A stretch of 64,000 bases of DNA from Eledone cirrhosa (lineage: Eukaryota): positions 9,238,001 through 9,302,000 of the forward strand of contig OZ024752.1 in the NCBI GenBank assembly GCA_964016885.1, given 5' to 3'. The notes under the pieces were generated by a model, which did no database searches, had not been told where the DNA came from, and saw only the letters and a list, made by a program, of their open reading frames with translations. Numbering within the stretch: the stretch's first letter is position 1; every line of letters starts with the position of its first letter. A program made the translations under genes and the position numbers. Shown piece after piece: positions 58,901-64,000 of the stretch.

Positions 58901-61900
58901 TTAGTGTGTATGTCAGTGTGTATGTCAGTGTGTTTGTCAGTATGTTTGTCAGTGTATATGTCAGTGTGTTTGTCAGTGTGTATGTCAGTGTATATGTCAG
59001 TGTATTTGACAGTGTGTTTTTCACTGTGTATGTCAGAGAGTTTGTCAGTGTGTTTGTCAGTGTGTATGTCAGTGTGTATGTCAGTGTGTTTGTCAGTGTG
59101 TTTGTCAGTGTGTATGTCAGAGAGTTTGTCAGTGTGTTTGTCAGTGTGTTTGTCAGTGTGTATGTCAGTGTGTATGTCAGTGTGTTTGACAGTGTGTATG
59201 TCAGAGAGTTTGTCAGTGTGTTTGACAGTGTGTATGTCAGAGAGTTTGTCAGTGTGTTTGTCAGTGTGTATGTCAGAGAGTTTGTCAGTGTGTTTGTCAG
59301 TGTGTTTGTCAGTGTGTTTGTCAGTGTGTATGTCAGTGTGTATGTCAGTGTGTTTGACAGTGTGTATGTCAGAGAGTTTGTCAGTGTGTTTGACAGTGTG
59401 TATGTCAGAGAGTTTGTCAGTGTGTTTGTCAGTGTGTATGTCAGAGAGTTTGTCAGTGTGTTTGTCAGTGTGTTTGTCAGTGTGTTTGTCAGTGTGTATG
59501 TCAGTGTGTTTGACAGTGTGTATGACAGTGTGTATGTCAGTGTGTTTGTCAGTGTGTATGTCAATGTGTATGTCAGTGTGTTTGTCAGTGTGTATGTCAG
59601 TGTGTATGTCAATGTGTTTGTCAGTGTGTTTGTCAGTGTGTATGTCAGTGTGTATGTCAGTGTGTTTGACAGTGTGTTTGACAGTGTGTATGTCAGAGAG
59701 TTTGTCAGTGTGTTTGTCAGTGTGTATGTCAGTGTGTATGTCAGTGTGTTTGACATTGTGTTTGTTAGTGTGTATGTCAGAGAGTTTGTCAGTGTGTTTG
59801 TCAGTATGTTTGTCAGTGTATATGTCAGTGTGTTTGACAGTGTGTTTTTCACTGTGTATGTCAGAGAGTTTGTCAGTGTGTTTGTCAGTGTGTATGTCAG
59901 TGTGTATGTCAGTGTGTTTGACAGTGTGTTTGTCAGTGTGTTTGTCAGTGTGTATGTCAGTGTGTTTGACAGTGTGTATGACAGTGTGTATGTCAGTGTG
60001 TTTGTCAGTGTGTATGTCAATGTGTATGTCAGTGTGTTTGTCAGTGTGTATGTCAGTGTGTATGTCAGTGTGTTTGTCAGTGTGTTTGTCAGTGTGTATG
60101 TCAGTGTGTTTGTCAGTGTGTATGTCAGTGTGTTTGACTGTGTTTGTCAGTGTGTATGTCAGAGAGTTTGTCAGTGTGTTTGTCAGTGTGTATGTCAGTG
60201 TGTATGTCAGTGTGTTTGACAGTGTGTTTGACAGTGTGTATGTCAGAGAGTTTGTCAGTGTGTTTGTCAGTGTGTATGTCAGTGTGTATGTCAGTGTGTT
60301 TGACAGTGTGTTTGTCAGTGTGTTTGTCAGTGTGTTTGTCAGTGTGTTTGTCAGTGTGTATGTCAGTGTGTATGTCAGTGTGTTTGACAGTGTGTTTGAC
60401 AGTGTGTATGTCAGTGTGTTTGACAGTGTGTTTCACAGTGTGTACGTCAGAGAGTTTGTCAGTGTGTTTGTCAGTGTGTTTGTCAGTGTGTTTGTCAGTG
60501 TGTATGTCAGTGTGTTTGACAGTGTGTATGACAGTGTGTATGTCAGTGTGTTTGTCAGTGTGTATGTCAATGTGTATGTCAGTGTGTTTGTCAGTGTGTA
60601 TGTCAGTGTGTATGTCAGTGTGTTTGTCAGTGTGTTTGTCAGTGTGTATGTCAGTGTGTATGTCAGTGTGTTTGACAGTGTGTTTGACAGTGTGTATGTC
60701 AGTGTGTTTGACAGTGTGTTTCACAGTGTGTATATCAGAGAGTTTGTCAGTGTGTTTGTCAGTGTGTATGTCAGTGTGTATGTCAGTGTGTTTGTCAGTG
60801 TGTATGTCAGAACGTTTGTCAGTGTGTTTGTTAGTGTGTATGTCAGAGAGTTTGTCAGTGTGTTTGTCAGCATGTTCGTCAGTGTATATGTCAGTGTCTT
60901 TGACAGTGTGATTTTCACTGTGTATGTCAGAGAGTTTGTCAGTGTGTTTGTCAGTGTGTATGTCAGTGTGTATGTCAGTGTGTTTGACAGTGTGTTTGTC
61001 AGTGTGTATGTCAGAGAGTTTGTCAGTGTGTTTGTCAGTGTGTTTGTCAGTGTGTATGTCAGTGTGTATGTCAGTGTGTTTGACAGTGTGTATGTCAGAG
61101 AGTTTGTCAGTGTGTTTGACAGTGTGTATGTCAGTGTGTATGTCAGTGTGTTTGACAGTGTGTATGTCAGAGAGTTTGTCAGTGTGTTTGACAGTGTGTA
61201 TGTCAGAGAGTTTGTCAGTGTGTTTGTCAGTGTGTATGTCAGAGAGTTTGTCAGTGTGTTTGTCAGTGTGTTTGTCAGTGTGTTTGTCAGTGTGTATGTC
61301 AGTGTGTTTGACAGTGTGTATGACAGTGTGTATGTCAGTGTGTTTGTCAGTGTGTATGTCAATGTGTATGTCAGTGTGTTTGTCAGTGTGTATGTCAGTG
61401 TGTTTGCAGTGTGTTTGTCAGTGTGTATGTCAGTGTGTATGTCAGTGTGTTTGACTGTGTTTGTCAGTGTGTATGTCAGAGAGTTTGTCAGTGTGTTTGT
61501 CAGTGTGTATGTCAGTGTGTTTGACTGTGTTTGTCAGTGTGTATGTCAGAGAGTTTGTCAGTGTGTTTGTCAGTGTGTATGTCAGTGTGTATGTCAGTGT
61601 GTTTGTCAGTGTGTATGTCAGTGTGTTTGACTGTGTTTGTCAGTGTGTATGTCAGAGAGTTTGTCAGTGTGTTTGTCAGTGTGTATGTCAGTGTGTATGT
61701 CAGTGTGTTTGACAGTGTGTTTGACAGTGTGTATGTCAGAGAGTTTGTCAGTGTGTTTGTCAGTGTGTATGTCAGTGTGTGTGTCAGTGTGTTTGTCAGT
61801 GTGTATGTCAGAAAGTTTGTCAGTGTGTTTGTTAGTGTGTATGTCAGAGAGTTTGTCAGTGTGTTTGTCAGCATGTTCGTCAGTGTATATGTCAGTGTGT

Positions 61901-63484
61901 TTGACAGTGTGTTTGACAGTGTGTATGTCAGAGAGTTTGTCAGTGTGTTTGTCAGTGTGTATGTCAGTGTGTATGTCAGTGTGTTTGACAGTGTGTTTGT
62001 CAGTGTGTATGTCAGAGAGTTTGTCAGTGTGTTTGTCAGTGTGTTTGTCAGTGTGTATGTCAGTGTGTATGTCAGTGTGTTTGACAGTGTGTATGTCAGA
62101 GAGTTTGTCAGTGTGTTTGACAGTGTGTATGTCAGTGTGTATGTCAGTGTGTTTGACAGTGTGTATGTCAGAGAGTTTGTCAGTGTGTTTGACAGTGTGT
62201 TTGTCAGTGTGTATGTCAGTGTGTATGTCAATGTGTATGTCAGTGTGTTTGTCAGTGTGTTTGTCAGTGTGTTTGTCAGTGTGTATGTCAGTGTATGACA
62301 GTGTGTATGTCAGTGTGTTTGTCAGTGTGTATGTCAATGTGTATGTCAGTGTGTTTGTCAGTGTGTATGTCAGTGTGTATGTCAATGTGTTTGTCAGTGT
62401 GTTTGTCAGTGTGTATGTCAGTGTGTATGTCAGTGTGTTTGACAGTGTGTTTGACAGTGCGTATATCAGAGAGTTTGTCAGTGTGTTTGTCAGTATGTTT
62501 GTCAGTGTATATGTCAGTGTGTTTGACAGTGTGTTTTTCACTGTGTATGTCAGAGAGTTTGTCAGTGTGTTTGTCAGTGTGTATGTCAGTGTGTATGTCA
62601 GTGTGTTTGACAGTGTGTTTGTCAGTGTGTATGTCAGAGAGTTATTCAGTGTGTTTGTCAGTGTGTTTGTCAGTGTGTATGTCAGTCTGTTTGACAGTGT
62701 GTATGTCAGAGAGTTTGTCAGTGTGTTTGACAGTGTGTATGTCAGAGAGTTTGTCAGTGTGTTTGTCAGTGTGTTTGTCAGTGTGTATGTCAGTGTGTTT
62801 GTCAGTGTGTATGTCAGAGAGTTTGTCAGTGTGTATGTCAGTGTGTTTGTCAGTGTGTATGTCAGAGAGTTTGTCAGTGTGTTTGTCAGTGTGTTTGTCA
62901 GTGTGTATGTCAGTGTGTATGTCAGTGTGTTTGACAGTGTGTATGTCAGAGAGTTTGTCAGTGTGTTTGACAGTGTGTATGTCAGAGAGTTTGTCAGTGT
63001 GTTTGTCAGTGTGTATGTCAGAGAGTTTGTCAGTGTGTTTGTCAGTGTGTTTGTCAGTGTGTTTGTCAGTGTGTATGTCAGTGTGTATGTCAGTGTGTTT
63101 GTCAGTGTGTATGTCAGTGTGTATGTCAGTGTGTTTGTCAGTGTGTTTGTCAGTGTGTTTGTCAGTGTGTATGTCAGTGTGTTTGTCAGTGTGTTTGTCA
63201 GTGTGTATGTCAGTGTGTATGTCAGTGTGTTTGTCAGTGTGTTTGTCAGTGTGTTTGTCAGTGTGTTTGTCAGTGTGTATGTCAGTGTGTATGTCAGTGT
63301 GTTTGTCAGTGTGTATGTCAGTGTGTATGTCAGTGTGTTTGTCAGTGTGTTTGTCAGTGTGTTTGTCAGTGTGTATGTCAGTGTGTATGTCAGTGTGTTT
63401 GTCAGTGTGTATGTCAGTGTGTATGTCAGTGTGTTTGTCAGTGTGTATGTCAGTGTGTATGTTAGTGTATTTGACAGTGTGTTT
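46918..63484. repeat. 16.5-kb minisatellite with a 12-bp unit GTCAGTGTGT(T/A)T, variant units and higher-order repeats
   Basis: Variants GACAGTGTGTTT, GTCAGAGAGTTT and a 10-bp GACTGTGTTT. A block recurs at an offset of 4336. Confidence 0.97.
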
Positions 63485-63576
63485 GCATTTTTGTATGCGT
63501 TGTGTACGAGTATGTCTATGGATGCGGATGTATGTTTCCGTATGTATATGTACGTCTTTGTGTGGACGTATATTAC

Positions 63577-64000
<424 letters not shown>

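Overview
This is AT-rich eukaryotic repetitive DNA, probably animal. The SINE and microsatellite style suggests a cephalopod, but that is inference only. No host gene is recognisable. Positions 1-46.9 kb are a (TA)n microsatellite landscape packed with retroelements: at least 8 families of Penelope-like elements (PLEs) or their pLTR derivatives, two copies of one CR1/L2-type LINE, RTE fragments and tRNA-derived SINEs. The PLEs include one intact 1210-aa RT/GIY-YIG ORF, one nearly intact element and several truncated copies. Almost every PLE-type unit carries a minimal type I hammerhead ribozyme (HHR) fold. Most are fold-backs with both 3' ends pointing outward into (TA)n, and independent copies of a family end at the same positions. 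A non-coding 542-bp HHR tandem array resembles a retrozyme and has a non-canonical core. Positions 46.9-63.5 kb are a 12-bp minisatellite with higher-order structure. Most ORFs in the supplied track are artefacts of simple repeats.
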